Of a DNA stretch of 64,000 nt, positions 55,125-64,000 are shown piece after piece. A program made the position numbers and the translations under genes. Positions within the stretch are counted from its first letter, which is position 1, and the number at the start of each line of letters is the position of its first letter. Location of the stretch: the NCBI GenBank assembly GCA_963713615.1, contig CAVQMM010000001.1, positions 3,360,001 through 3,424,000 on the forward strand, in the 5' to 3' direction. The notes below the pieces were generated by a model. It saw only the letters and a program-made list of their open reading frames with translations. It did not search any database and was not told the origin of the DNA. This DNA is from an uncultured Chlamydiae bacterium. GTDB taxonomy: Bacteria > Chlamydiota > Chlamydiia > Chlamydiales > JAJFMA01.

Positions 55125-56207
55125 CTACCTGTGGGGATGAAAGTAATAGCGCGATTGAGGCTGCTTTGGGCTCACAGGTGGATTTTGCGATTGCTGCGGC
55201 TGCAGTTCATCCCAGTCATCCAGGCTATTACCTTCGTCGTCATCGTCCTCACTTTCGCTGCTATTTGTTTGCACAGCGGCGACAGGGTGAGCCAACGAGC
55301 TTCGATGTTGGGCCTGTGGCTGGGTATTACGGTCATCTTCGTCGTCCTCCTCATTATCCAATGTAAGGTCCCAATCATCTTCTTCAGGCTCATCCTGAAC
55401 TGGGGCTTGTTGATAACCTTGTGCCTTCTGTTGTTGCTGTCGAACGCCTAAACGTGAATTAACATTGTCGTCAGCTTTAACGACTTCTACTTCAAATAAC
55501 AATAACGAATTGGGAGCTATGTTCCCAGTAGTTCCATAAGCAGCGTCAGGGTGGATAAAGATACGGCGCTTCTCACCTTCCTGCATGCCTACGACCCCTA
55601 GACGAAATCCGGGAATCATGTCATCCAAAGGCACTGGGAGGGCCTTGTTATCTTCTGTCTGTGTGAAAATAGTCCCATCAATAAAACGTCCAACGAAACG
55701 TAGGATAGGAACGGTATGCGCTTCCACACGTGGTCCATGCCCACGCTGCAATATGACAAACTGTACCTTTCCGGGAGCGGCTTGCACAATGTCCGAACGC
55801 TTGCCATTAGAGAGCATGAAGGCATCGGCTAGCGCAAGATTGAAGTTGGCCAATTCCTGAAAATGCTGACTGCGGAAGTTAGAGATAATGCTGTCATATT
55901 CTTGTTCGCTTAGCGGAGCCGGTTTGCCTTGCACCCCATCATGTATGCCGGTGATGACATCATTGATATCCAGGTGAATGCCCTGTTTACTGATATCTTG
56001 GCCAATAAAATGGCCAAAGGCTTCCGACAGCTGATGTATGTCGGGCTGACGAGCTGCCCTTGTTGCAGGTGTCCCACGTCGTGGACGAGAGTCTTGGTTT
56101 TCTTCCGCTACCTCATCATGAATCCAGCTGATGTCAGCGTAGTTTGGAGATAGTAACAGGAAAGAACACAGAATAAATGTGGTGGTCAAGGAGCGTCTGG
56201 TGCTCAT
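55125..56207 (-). CDS. mip: Mip-like FKBP-type peptidyl-prolyl isomerase with acidic C-terminal tail
   Basis: SEAFGHFIG, IPGF..GMQEGEKRRIFIHPDAAYG, PNSLLLFEVEV; trxA-trmL-mip synteny. Confidence 0.88.
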   Translation of the reverse strand: MSTRRSLTTTFILCSFLLLSPNYADISWIHDEVAEENQDSRPRRGTPATRAARQPDIHQLSEAFGHFIGQDISKQGIHLDINDVITGIHDGVQGKPAPLSEQEYDSIISNFRSQHFQELANFNLALADAFMLSNGKRSDIVQAAPGKVQFVILQRGHGPRVEAHTVPILRFVGRFIDGTIFTQTEDNKALPVPLDDMIPGFRLGVVGMQEGEKRRIFIHPDAAYGTTGNIAPNSLLLFEVEVVKADDNVNSRLGVRQQQQKAQGYQQAPVQDEPEEDDWDLTLDNEEDDEDDRNTQPQAQHRSSLAHPVAAVQTNSSESEDDDDEGNSLDDWDELQPQQSQNPPVSPKQPQSRYYFHPHR

Positions 56208-56332
56208 GCGAATCCCTCCATAGGTGCGCGGTGAGTTACGATCCTATGTTAATAAGTAGATTTGCGCCAAGAAAATTCTTTGTATTGACGAGGCATAACT
56301 TGAAGTCTCATGGGAAGCGCCTTAAAATAGAC

Positions 56333-56393
56333 TATAGCATGCGCGGTTAGATTTGGCGCAGTCGAATGCGTCAAATCTAACCGCGCGTGGTAT
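56333..56393. repeat. Family F palindrome
   Basis: GCGCGGTTAGATTTGGCGCA-GTCGAA-TGCGTCAAATCTAACCGCGC; halves at ~36094 and ~39490; short remnants at 35705-35722 and 58104-58125. Confidence 0.85.
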
Positions 56394-56697
56394 GCACTCG
56401 GTTCAAATTCAATTTATGAGCGAGTGAGGTATAACCAACTCATGCACATCTGTTGATTGCTTTTGTAGATGTCATAAACGGTTTTGTTCAAATTTCAGGC
56501 GATAAATCCCTTGAGGAAAAATGAATTTCAGGGTACAACAGATCTTTGTCCGATCATGTTGCAGTTGTGCTTATTGGCGGATATTCGTGGATTATACCCT
56601 GCAAATTTGGGGATGAGGTTTATCGGTTTGGTGGTGCAAGAGAGTTTGTTTTATTCAACGGCCGGTTAAAAAAACCTAGTAAATTAGGAGAACGCGC

Positions 56698-58071
56698 TTG
56701 AACAGGTTAATCGCCGTTTTTAAGGCTGCACCTCCAGCTCCGGAAATCACAGATCCTGTCGTTGTGGCTAAGGCATACAAAGAATGGCGGGTGCGTATTT
56801 TCGCATCTATCCTTCTTGGCTATGCCTTCTACTATTTTACGAGAAAGAGCTTCACCTTTGCTATGCCGGCCCTCATGCAGGACCTCGGCTTCGATAAAGG
56901 TCAACTTGGTTTTTTAGCGACTGTTCTCTCATTGACCATCGGACTTAGCAAATTCCTTAGTGGTATTCTAGCTGATCGTGCCAACGCCAGATATTTCATG
57001 GCTTTCGGCTTGATCATGACGGGTGTCTTCAACATCTGTTTTGGCTTATCATCTTCATTACTTTGGTTTGCCATCTTCTGGGGTCTAAACGGTTGGTTCC
57101 AAGGATTTGGTTGGCCCCCTTGCGCTCGACTACTTACGCACTGGTATTCCCGGTCCGAACGGGGGACATGGTGGGCATCGTGGAACGCTTCTCATAATAT
57201 TGGTGGAGCCGTTATACCCCTAGTCGTTGGGCTATGTGCTATGTATTGGGGCTGGCGCGTCGCTATGTTTGTTCCCGGTGTGATGTGTATTGTTGGCGGT
57301 GTTCTGCTTATCTTTTTCCTTAGAGACACTCCTGAATCCATGGGCTTGCCACCAGTGGAGAGGTTTCGTAATGACGTTCAAGGAATGGCAAACGAGGACA
57401 CCACCCCTGGAAAAACCTACACTACCCGCGAAATTTTAGTAGAGTTTGTTTTAAAGAATAAGTTTATCTGGGTTCTGGCGGCCACCTACCTCTTTATTTA
57501 TATGATACGCATCGGGTTTAACGATTGGACAGCCCTCTTTCTCATTGAAAGCAAAGGATATACCCAGCTGGGAGCCAATGGCTGCGTCTCGGTGTTTGAA
57601 GTAGGTGGATTCTTAGGCAGCCTAGGTGCTGGCTGGGCTTCAGATCGCTTATTTCAAGCGCGTCGTGGTCCTGTAAATGCTCTCTATGCCTGCGGAATAG
57701 TGGGAAGCGTGTTGTTTTTCTGGTCAGTCCCAGAAGGCTATCCCATGCTCGACTCCATCGCGATGTTTCTAATCGGCTTTACCGTATTTGGCCCTCAGAT
57801 GCTCATAGGAGTAGCTGCTGCTGAGCTGTCACACAAAAATGCCGCTGCGACATCCACAGGTTTTATCGGCTGGTTTGCTTATGCGGGATCGGCAATAGCA
57901 GGCTATCCTCTAGGACGTATTGCAGAAGACTTTGGCTGGGAAGGCTTTTTTATTACAATGACCATTTGCAGCTTGGTTTCGACGGTTTTACTCTTTCCCT
58001 TGTGGTCAGCAGGAACACGACGTAGTCCGGAACCTGTTATTGTGCCGAATACCGAGCCATCAACCGCCTAG
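56698..58071 (+). CDS. uhpC: Hexose-phosphate MFS transporter UhpC/Hpt
   Basis: GYAFYYFTRKSF, NGWFQGFGWPPC, SHNIGGA, FGPQMLIG..AELSHK. Confidence 0.94.
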   Translation: MNRLIAVFKAAPPAPEITDPVVVAKAYKEWRVRIFASILLGYAFYYFTRKSFTFAMPALMQDLGFDKGQLGFLATVLSLTIGLSKFLSGILADRANARYFMAFGLIMTGVFNICFGLSSSLLWFAIFWGLNGWFQGFGWPPCARLLTHWYSRSERGTWWASWNASHNIGGAVIPLVVGLCAMYWGWRVAMFVPGVMCIVGGVLLIFFLRDTPESMGLPPVERFRNDVQGMANEDTTPGKTYTTREILVEFVLKNKFIWVLAATYLFIYMIRIGFNDWTALFLIESKGYTQLGANGCVSVFEVGGFLGSLGAGWASDRLFQARRGPVNALYACGIVGSVLFFWSVPEGYPMLDSIAMFLIGFTVFGPQMLIGVAAAELSHKNAAATSTGFIGWFAYAGSAIAGYPLGRIAEDFGWEGFFITMTICSLVSTVLLFPLWSAGTRRSPEPVIVPNTEPSTA

Positions 58072-58167
58072 CGGGTGTTTGACGCTAAGTCATAAGCTCC
58101 TGTTATACCATCCGCGTGTGGTATAGACAGCCAATTTTGAAATCGTTTCGGTATAGGCTCACGTAAC

Positions 58168-61100
58168 ATGGCTTGGATTCCTCTTCACGTTCATTCTCAG
58201 TATTCAATTCTAGAAGCTTTTGGTTCAGTTAAAGACATAGCAGCTAAAGCTGGGAAGCTGGGGATGCCCGCCGTTGCTTTGACAGATGGCGGTAATCTCT
58301 ACGGAGCTGTGGAATTTTTTAAGGCTTGTCGATACGCCAAGATTAAGCCGATCATTGGCTGCGAGATGTATGTAGCTCCTGAGTCGCGCCATCATAAGAA
58401 AAAAATTACCGGTAGCCGCCACAGCTATTCATTGGTCTTGTTAGCTAAAGATACCGATGGCTATCACAACCTATGTAAATTGAGTTCCATTGGCTTTCTC
58501 GAAGGAGCTTACTATAATCCACGTATTGACCTCGAAGTGTTGCAACAGTACAGTAAGGGCTTGATATGCCTTGCAGGATCACTTGGAAGTCGCTTGGCCG
58601 AGGATATTTTACAGGATGCCGAGAGCAAAATCATCGAGCAGCTCACTTGGTTCAAACAGGTTTTTGGCGATGACTTCTTCTTTGAGGTACAGCGTCATCC
58701 GATGTCTGACCAAGACCTTGCTACCGATGGGATGTATCAGGAGTCGTGGCTTCTCCAAAAATATCACGACTATTTTAGTCGACAAGAGAAGGTGAATGCT
58801 GCTCTTGTAAAACTGGGCGCCGAGCATGGCGTGCCTATTGTCGCCACTAATGCAAGTAAGTATCTGGACCGTGATGATTGGCGTGCGCATGAAATTTTGA
58901 TTAATATTCAGTCTGGAGAGCCTTGTGAAATCTGGGAAAAAGATGCACAGGGTAACCCCAAATTTCGCATCCCTAACCCTACTAGGAACACTTACCCTTC
59001 TCATGAGCTGTATTTCAAAACTCAAGACCAGATGGAGCTGCTTTTCAGCGATCTACCTGAAGCAATAGCCACAACACAAATAATAGCCGATAGATGCAAC
59101 CTGGAGCTCGACTTTAAGACCAAACACTACCCGGTTTATGTTCCACCAGATCTCAACGGTGTTAGTTTGACTGCTCTCGAGCGTGAACAGGCGGTTGAAA
59201 AATTCATCTGGAAGCTATGTGAAGAGGGTATTGAGCGACGTTATACTCCAGAACGCCTTGCCAAAGTAACTGAACGTTATCCTGGACGCGACCCTATGGA
59301 GGTTGTTCGCGAACGTTTAGCCTATGAAATGAACGTCATCTTGCCGAAGGGGATGTGTGACTATCTCCTAATCGTATGGGATTTTCTTGACTGGGCAAAA
59401 AAAAATGCTATTCCAGTAGGCCCTGGGAGGGGGTCCGGTGCCGGTTCAATCATCCTCTATCTTATCGGTGTTACCGATATCGAGCCTTTGCGATTTAGCC
59501 TCTTTTTCGAACGTTTTATCAATCCCGAGCGTATTTCCTATCCCGATATTGACGTAGATATTTGCATGGACCGTCGTGGTGAGGTGATCAATTATACGCT
59601 GGAAAAATATGGCCACGAGAATGTCGCTCAGATCATCACCTTCAATACGATGAAGGCGCGAAGTTCGATCAAAGACGTCGGTAGAGTTTTGAATGTCCCC
59701 TTAGCTAAGGTTAATACGATTACCAAACTCGTCCCTGATGACCTCAATATCACTCTCTCGACGGCTTTGGAAAAGGATGCTGATCTCTTCAGGCTTTACC
59801 AGGAGGATGAAGAAGCTCGGCGTGTTATCGATTATGCCAAGAAGCTTGAGGGCTCTGTTCGCAATAGTGGTATTCATGCCGCTGGTATTATCATCTGTGG
59901 CGATCCTCTGACCAATCATATTCCTATCTGCAGCGCCAAAGATAGTGATATGCCCGTGACACAGTACTCTATGAAGCCTGTGGAGGAGGTCGGTATGCTC
60001 AAAATCGACTTCCTGGGTCTAAAAACACTCACATCGATTCAGCTAGCCGTACGTGCCATCAAGGAAAGTACAGGCCGTGAAATCGATTGGATGAATCTTC
60101 CCCTGGATGATGAGCGTACCTTTGAACTGCTCAACCAGGGTAAAACAATGACAGTGTTTCAGCTGGAATCCGGTGGCATGCAGGATTTAGCTCGTCAGCT
60201 ACACCTGGATAAGTTTGAGGAAATCATCGCCGTCGGTGCCTTATATCGTCCGGGTCCTATGGACATGATTCCTTCTTTCATCAGCCGTAAGCATGGCCGT
60301 GAGCCCATCGAATATGACCACCCCTGGCTGTCCGATATCCTATCGGAAACTTATGGGATCATGGTCTATCAGGAACAGGTCATGCAGATCGCTAGCAAAA
60401 TGGCCAATTATAGCCTTGGTGAGGGTGATGTCCTCCGTCGCGCTATGGGTAAGAAGGAAGCTAGCATGATGGCCGAACAGCGGGAGAAATTCCGCTTAGG
60501 AGCTCTCCAAAACGACATCGATGAAGATACATCTATGCGTATCTTTGATAAGATGGAGAAATTCGCTGCTTATGGTTTCAACAAGTCCCACGCTACCGCC
60601 TATGGCTATCTAAGCTATGTCACAGGCTATCTGAAGGCTAACTTTCCCGGTGAATGGCTTGCCGCGCTGATGACCTGTGATGGCGATGATCTCGGCAAAG
60701 TGTCCAAGTATATCCGTGAAGCCCAAAACATGGGCCTCTCGATTCTTCCTCCCGATGTCAATGAAGCCGGAGCAACTTTTGTAGCTACTGAGAAGGGGAT
60801 TCGCTTTGCGATGACAGGGATAAAGGGAGTTGGATCAGGAGTCGTCGATCTCATTGTTGAAGACAGAAAGCGGAACGGGCCATTTAAGTCTTTCTACGAG
60901 TTTTTTAAACGCATGGATATCCGAAAGGTAGGCAAAAAGAACGTTGAATGCCTTGTCGATGCAGGATGTTTTGACTTCACCGGGTGGTCGCGTGATGAGA
61001 TGCGTGAGAGCATCGAACCCATGTTTGACCTGGCTTCTAAAGAGCGTGAGGATGCCGCTGCCGGTTACATGAGCTTGTTTGCAAAGCTTGAGGGTAGTGA

Positions 61101-61923
61101 CACGAAGCGATTTGCCAAACCTCCCAAGGTTAAAGAACAACGCTCGCGCATTCAGCTCCTCTTGCGTGAGAAGGAATTGCTCGGCTTTTTTGTTACCGGA
61201 CATCCCATCGAAGAATCGCGCGACTTGCTGCAACGCCTCTCTTGTGTATCCCTAAGCAAGGTTGAGAGCTTTGACCATGATGCTGTCTTTCGTGCAGCTT
61301 TCCTTGTAGAAAGCGTGCAGGTAAGATTGTCTTCCAAAACGCAAAAGAAATTTGCCATTCTGACTATCGGTGATGGCTTTGATTGTTATGAACTACCCAT
61401 CTGGTCCGAGTTATACGAGGAAAAAAAACACCTCTTAGCTGAAAATCAATTGCTGTATGCCGTCATCCAGGTCGATAAGCGCGAAGAGACGCTTCGCCTA
61501 TCCTGCCATTGGTTAGACGACCTCACAAGAGCTAATGACCACATGGTGCATGCTTGCGATTCTGCCTTTGACCGCATTAAGGCACAGGTTGGACGCTTCA
61601 GCAAAGGTCGTGCCGAAAAAGCCAAAAAAAAGGTGGAGCCCGAGCAGTCATTACCTAAAAAGGAAACGAAAATGTCTGAAAAGCTTCCTCAATATTTTGT
61701 GGTCGCCATTGATGTCGATGGTGTAAAACTCAGCCATATTGTGCAGATGAGACAAGCGTTTGACCAACATCCTGGTGAAACTCCTGTTCGACTAGACTTT
61801 GCTGCCGTTGATCGTTCCGTGGCTACGTTGTATGTTGATCAAGAGGTATCTGTCAAGGTGTCTCCAGCTTTGACAGCGGTTCTACAGGCTATCCCTGCCG
61901 TTACAGCAGTTGCTACGGAGTGA
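58168..61923 (+). CDS. dnaE: DNA polymerase III alpha subunit
   Basis: LHVHSQYS, GPGRGSGAGS, PDIDVD, KIDFLGL, YGFNKSHA. Confidence 0.98.
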   Translation: MAWIPLHVHSQYSILEAFGSVKDIAAKAGKLGMPAVALTDGGNLYGAVEFFKACRYAKIKPIIGCEMYVAPESRHHKKKITGSRHSYSLVLLAKDTDGYHNLCKLSSIGFLEGAYYNPRIDLEVLQQYSKGLICLAGSLGSRLAEDILQDAESKIIEQLTWFKQVFGDDFFFEVQRHPMSDQDLATDGMYQESWLLQKYHDYFSRQEKVNAALVKLGAEHGVPIVATNASKYLDRDDWRAHEILINIQSGEPCEIWEKDAQGNPKFRIPNPTRNTYPSHELYFKTQDQMELLFSDLPEAIATTQIIADRCNLELDFKTKHYPVYVPPDLNGVSLTALEREQAVEKFIWKLCEEGIERRYTPERLAKVTERYPGRDPMEVVRERLAYEMNVILPKGMCDYLLIVWDFLDWAKKNAIPVGPGRGSGAGSIILYLIGVTDIEPLRFSLFFERFINPERISYPDIDVDICMDRRGEVINYTLEKYGHENVAQIITFNTMKARSSIKDVGRVLNVPLAKVNTITKLVPDDLNITLSTALEKDADLFRLYQEDEEARRVIDYAKKLEGSVRNSGIHAAGIIICGDPLTNHIPICSAKDSDMPVTQYSMKPVEEVGMLKIDFLGLKTLTSIQLAVRAIKESTGREIDWMNLPLDDERTFELLNQGKTMTVFQLESGGMQDLARQLHLDKFEEIIAVGALYRPGPMDMIPSFISRKHGREPIEYDHPWLSDILSETYGIMVYQEQVMQIASKMANYSLGEGDVLRRAMGKKEASMMAEQREKFRLGALQNDIDEDTSMRIFDKMEKFAAYGFNKSHATAYGYLSYVTGYLKANFPGEWLAALMTCDGDDLGKVSKYIREAQNMGLSILPPDVNEAGATFVATEKGIRFAMTGIKGVGSGVVDLIVEDRKRNGPFKSFYEFFKRMDIRKVGKKNVECLVDAGCFDFTGWSRDEMRESIEPMFDLASKEREDAAAGYMSLFAKLEGSDTKRFAKPPKVKEQRSRIQLLLREKELLGFFVTGHPIEESRDLLQRLSCVSLSKVESFDHDAVFRAAFLVESVQVRLSSKTQKKFAILTIGDGFDCYELPIWSELYEEKKHLLAENQLLYAVIQVDKREETLRLSCHWLDDLTRANDHMVHACDSAFDRIKAQVGRFSKGRAEKAKKKVEPEQSLPKKETKMSEKLPQYFVVAIDVDGVKLSHIVQMRQAFDQHPGETPVRLDFAAVDRSVATLYVDQEVSVKVSPALTAVLQAIPAVTAVATE

Positions 61924-61930
61924 GTAAATT

Positions 61931-62227
61931 ATGATTGAATTTATCCCATCAGTACAAGGTTTGTTTAGAGATTATACTCCTATTAAAAGCGAAGCCGAAG
62001 GAGTCATCTTTATTGGCTATGGCATTACATTTCTTGCATTTGGTGTTGTTTCAGGCATTGAAGAGAGTTATTCTTCCCGACCAAATACAATTCGTCGTCT
62101 TTTCACGGATGGTTATCTAGGTATAGGAAAGAACGGAGTAATAGAGGGATGTAAGCGGCTGTTGCCCTTAGCGTCTGTCATTACTGCAAGTTACCTATTC
62201 TATACGCATCGGGATTGGATTGTGTGA
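61931..62227 (+). CDS. Small hypothetical membrane protein
   Basis: 98 aa, two hydrophobic segments, 7 bp after the dnaE stop. Confidence 0.5.
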   Translation: MIEFIPSVQGLFRDYTPIKSEAEGVIFIGYGITFLAFGVVSGIEESYSSRPNTIRRLFTDGYLGIGKNGVIEGCKRLLPLASVITASYLFYTHRDWIV

Positions 62228-62287
62228 CATAGGAAAGGACGTTGAGGACATTGAAGACTGTGGAAGAGTTTTCTTCGTTTGATAAAT

Positions 62288-62427
62288 ATCCATTTATGTC
62301 CATAGTGTCCATTGTTGTCCATAAAGTCCATTCACACTTATGCAAGCATGGACATTAATGGACAGCATGGACATTAATGGACAAAAATGGACTTCACTTT
62401 TTTGTCCAGCTCGTCCAATTCGTCCAT
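62288..62427. repeat. Family E copy 2
   Basis: 5 (G/A)TCCAT, 5 ATGGAC, then 3 more GTCCA units. Confidence 0.85.
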
Positions 62428-62508
62428 AAAGAGACGCGAGACCCTGCTTGCTTTTTTTCACTCAGTTTCATACCCTAAAGGGCCTAATGACCCTCACCGG
62501 ATGAATAG

Positions 62509-63528
62509 ATGAAAGCAACCTTTATGCACCGCTTGATCATTGCCCTAGCGGTTATCCTGATACCCACTTTGGCCAATGCTACCTGGATCTTCAAAAATGG
62601 ACGGTTCATTGAAGTTGAGGAGATCGCGACTCTTTCTCCAGAAGAGCACTACTCTATGGCTGTTGATGCGTGGAACCATCAAGACTGGGAAGAAGCCGCA
62701 CGAGAATTCCGCATCGTTATTACTAACTTCCCGAAGTTTAGTCAGGTAGCTGAAGCCAATTTCTTTGCCGCAGCCTCACACTTCTTTCTCGGCGAGCTTG
62801 ACATGGCCAATGATGAGTTAACAGAATATTTGCGTCTATCTTGCAGTCCCGAATATCTGGAGGAGGCGATGGATTATAAATTCTCCATCGCAGAACAGTT
62901 TCGCTGCGGGGCTAAACGCCGCTGTTTTGGATCGCAACGCTTTCCAAAGTGGGTGAGTGGTTATGAAACAGCTATTTGCATCTACGATGAAATCGTTTCT
63001 ACGTTGCCTTGCCATGACATGGCAGCTCAGGCACTTTTCTCCAAAGGGTCCCTGCTATGTGAATTGAACGATTTTCCTTGTAGTATAGAAGCTTATCAGA
63101 CATTAATCCGTCGTTTTCCCTTACATGAGCTTGCCCCCGAATCCTATATGGCCATTCTGCAGGTTTATCTCGTTCAAGCGACATGTGAATTTCAAAACCC
63201 AGACTTACTGGCACTTGGAGAGATAGTCCTTAAACGTTTCAAAGAGGACTTTCCCAATGAAGCAAGAGTATGCCAAGCTGAGGCTGACTTGTTGGAATTA
63301 AAGGAAATTTATGCGTTTGGCCTTTATGACACTGGCCAATTCTATGAAAGAATCTGCCAACCTCAGGCATCCGCACTCTATTATTCCAGCGCTATCAGAC
63401 AATTTCCCGATACCATTATCGCCGAAAATGCCCGACAGCGTCTCTGTTGTCTGATGAACTGCCATCCCTGCTTGGACATTCCTGAAGGAACCTTTGATGT
63501 CGAAGAAAATGTCGATGAAACATTGTAG
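62509..63528 (+). CDS. TPR protein, BamD/YfiO-like (CT547-like)
   Basis: Signal peptide, TPR repeats, LYDTGQFYER...YYSSAIRQFPDT; position after dnaE. Confidence 0.78.
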   Translation: MKATFMHRLIIALAVILIPTLANATWIFKNGRFIEVEEIATLSPEEHYSMAVDAWNHQDWEEAAREFRIVITNFPKFSQVAEANFFAAASHFFLGELDMANDELTEYLRLSCSPEYLEEAMDYKFSIAEQFRCGAKRRCFGSQRFPKWVSGYETAICIYDEIVSTLPCHDMAAQALFSKGSLLCELNDFPCSIEAYQTLIRRFPLHELAPESYMAILQVYLVQATCEFQNPDLLALGEIVLKRFKEDFPNEARVCQAEADLLELKEIYAFGLYDTGQFYERICQPQASALYYSSAIRQFPDTIIAENARQRLCCLMNCHPCLDIPEGTFDVEENVDETL

Positions 63529-64000
63529 CCTTATCATCACTACAACGGTATTGTTAGCTTTTACTTCATGTGGATATCATTTCGGTGCTGGAAGTGCCCC
63601 TTGGATTGGCAGTACAATCTCAGTGCCTTACATCTGCGGCGACGAAACTGGGGAGTTCACCCGAACCCTTGTGCGAGAGTTGGCCTCTTCCGGAGCGTTT
63701 CAGTATACTGATGACTGTGGATGTTACCGATTGTGCGTGAATGTGCGGGAGCTGTGTGATGAAAATATTGGGTTTCGTTATGATATCAATAAAGAGGGGC
63801 AGCAGACGACTACCATTATTCCCGTAGAGATGCGAACGCGCACTGTGGCTGAGTTTTCACTCGTCGAAGCAAGTTCTGGGTGCGTGGTTTTGGGTCCTGA
63901 ACGTGTGAGCGCCATGGTAGATTTTGACCATGAGTTCGAGGGGGGGAGTGATCACCTGAATAACCTTTCTCTAGGGCAGGTTACTGACTTAGAGGCCTCC
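63515..64000 (+). CDS. LptE-like lipoprotein (CT548-like), runs off window
   Basis: MKHCSLIITTTVLLAFTSCGYHFG lipobox-like signal; TISVPYI motif; appears open to the window end. Confidence 0.7.
   Translation, partial: MKHCSLIITTTVLLAFTSCGYHFGAGSAPWIGSTISVPYICGDETGEFTRTLVRELASSGAFQYTDDCGCYRLCVNVRELCDENIGFRYDINKEGQQTTTIIPVEMRTRTVAEFSLVEASSGCVVLGPERVSAMVDFDHEFEGGSDHLNNLSLGQVTDLEAS

Noticed and set aside
1..64000. rRNA, tRNA, prophage, retron/DGR or restriction-modification genes
   Set aside because: No recognisable sequence or protein motifs seen by eye; a covariance-model scan was not possible

Overview
Chromosomal window from an environmental Chlamydiae (Chlamydiota) bacterium. Left to right: (1) amn and two small ORFs; an IS66 element (2125-4419, 8-bp TSD) inserted in a nested palindromic repeat; efp-epmA. 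(2) A ~22-kb type III secretion locus with a translocator module (three large secreted-type ORFs, two tandem LcrH-chaperone/CopB-like cassettes, CopD-like) and an apparatus module (scc4-cdsD-E-F-G-CT668-like-cdsN-O-P-Q-pkn5, no cdsC after it). (3) An accessory stretch: RHS remnant, DUF6483-like ORF, mgtA, GNAT, frameshifted Legionella-type APH(9), GT34 glycosyltransferase. (4) An Atu/Liu-like acyl-CoA catabolic operon. (5) Housekeeping genes: tpx, ogt, three CT652.1-like paralogs, trhO, trxA, trmL, mip, uhpC, dnaE, BamD-like, LptE-like. The most striking unexplained structure is non-coding: at least six families of palindromic REP/MITE-like modules that nest in each other, bracket the T3SS modules and single accessory genes, sit at apparent synteny breaks, and include a 317-bp core whose orientation differs relative to its flanks between two copies. 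Five sigma54-type promoter motifs precede T3SS units and CT652.1-like genes. All homology calls come from motif recognition and recall; no database searches were run.
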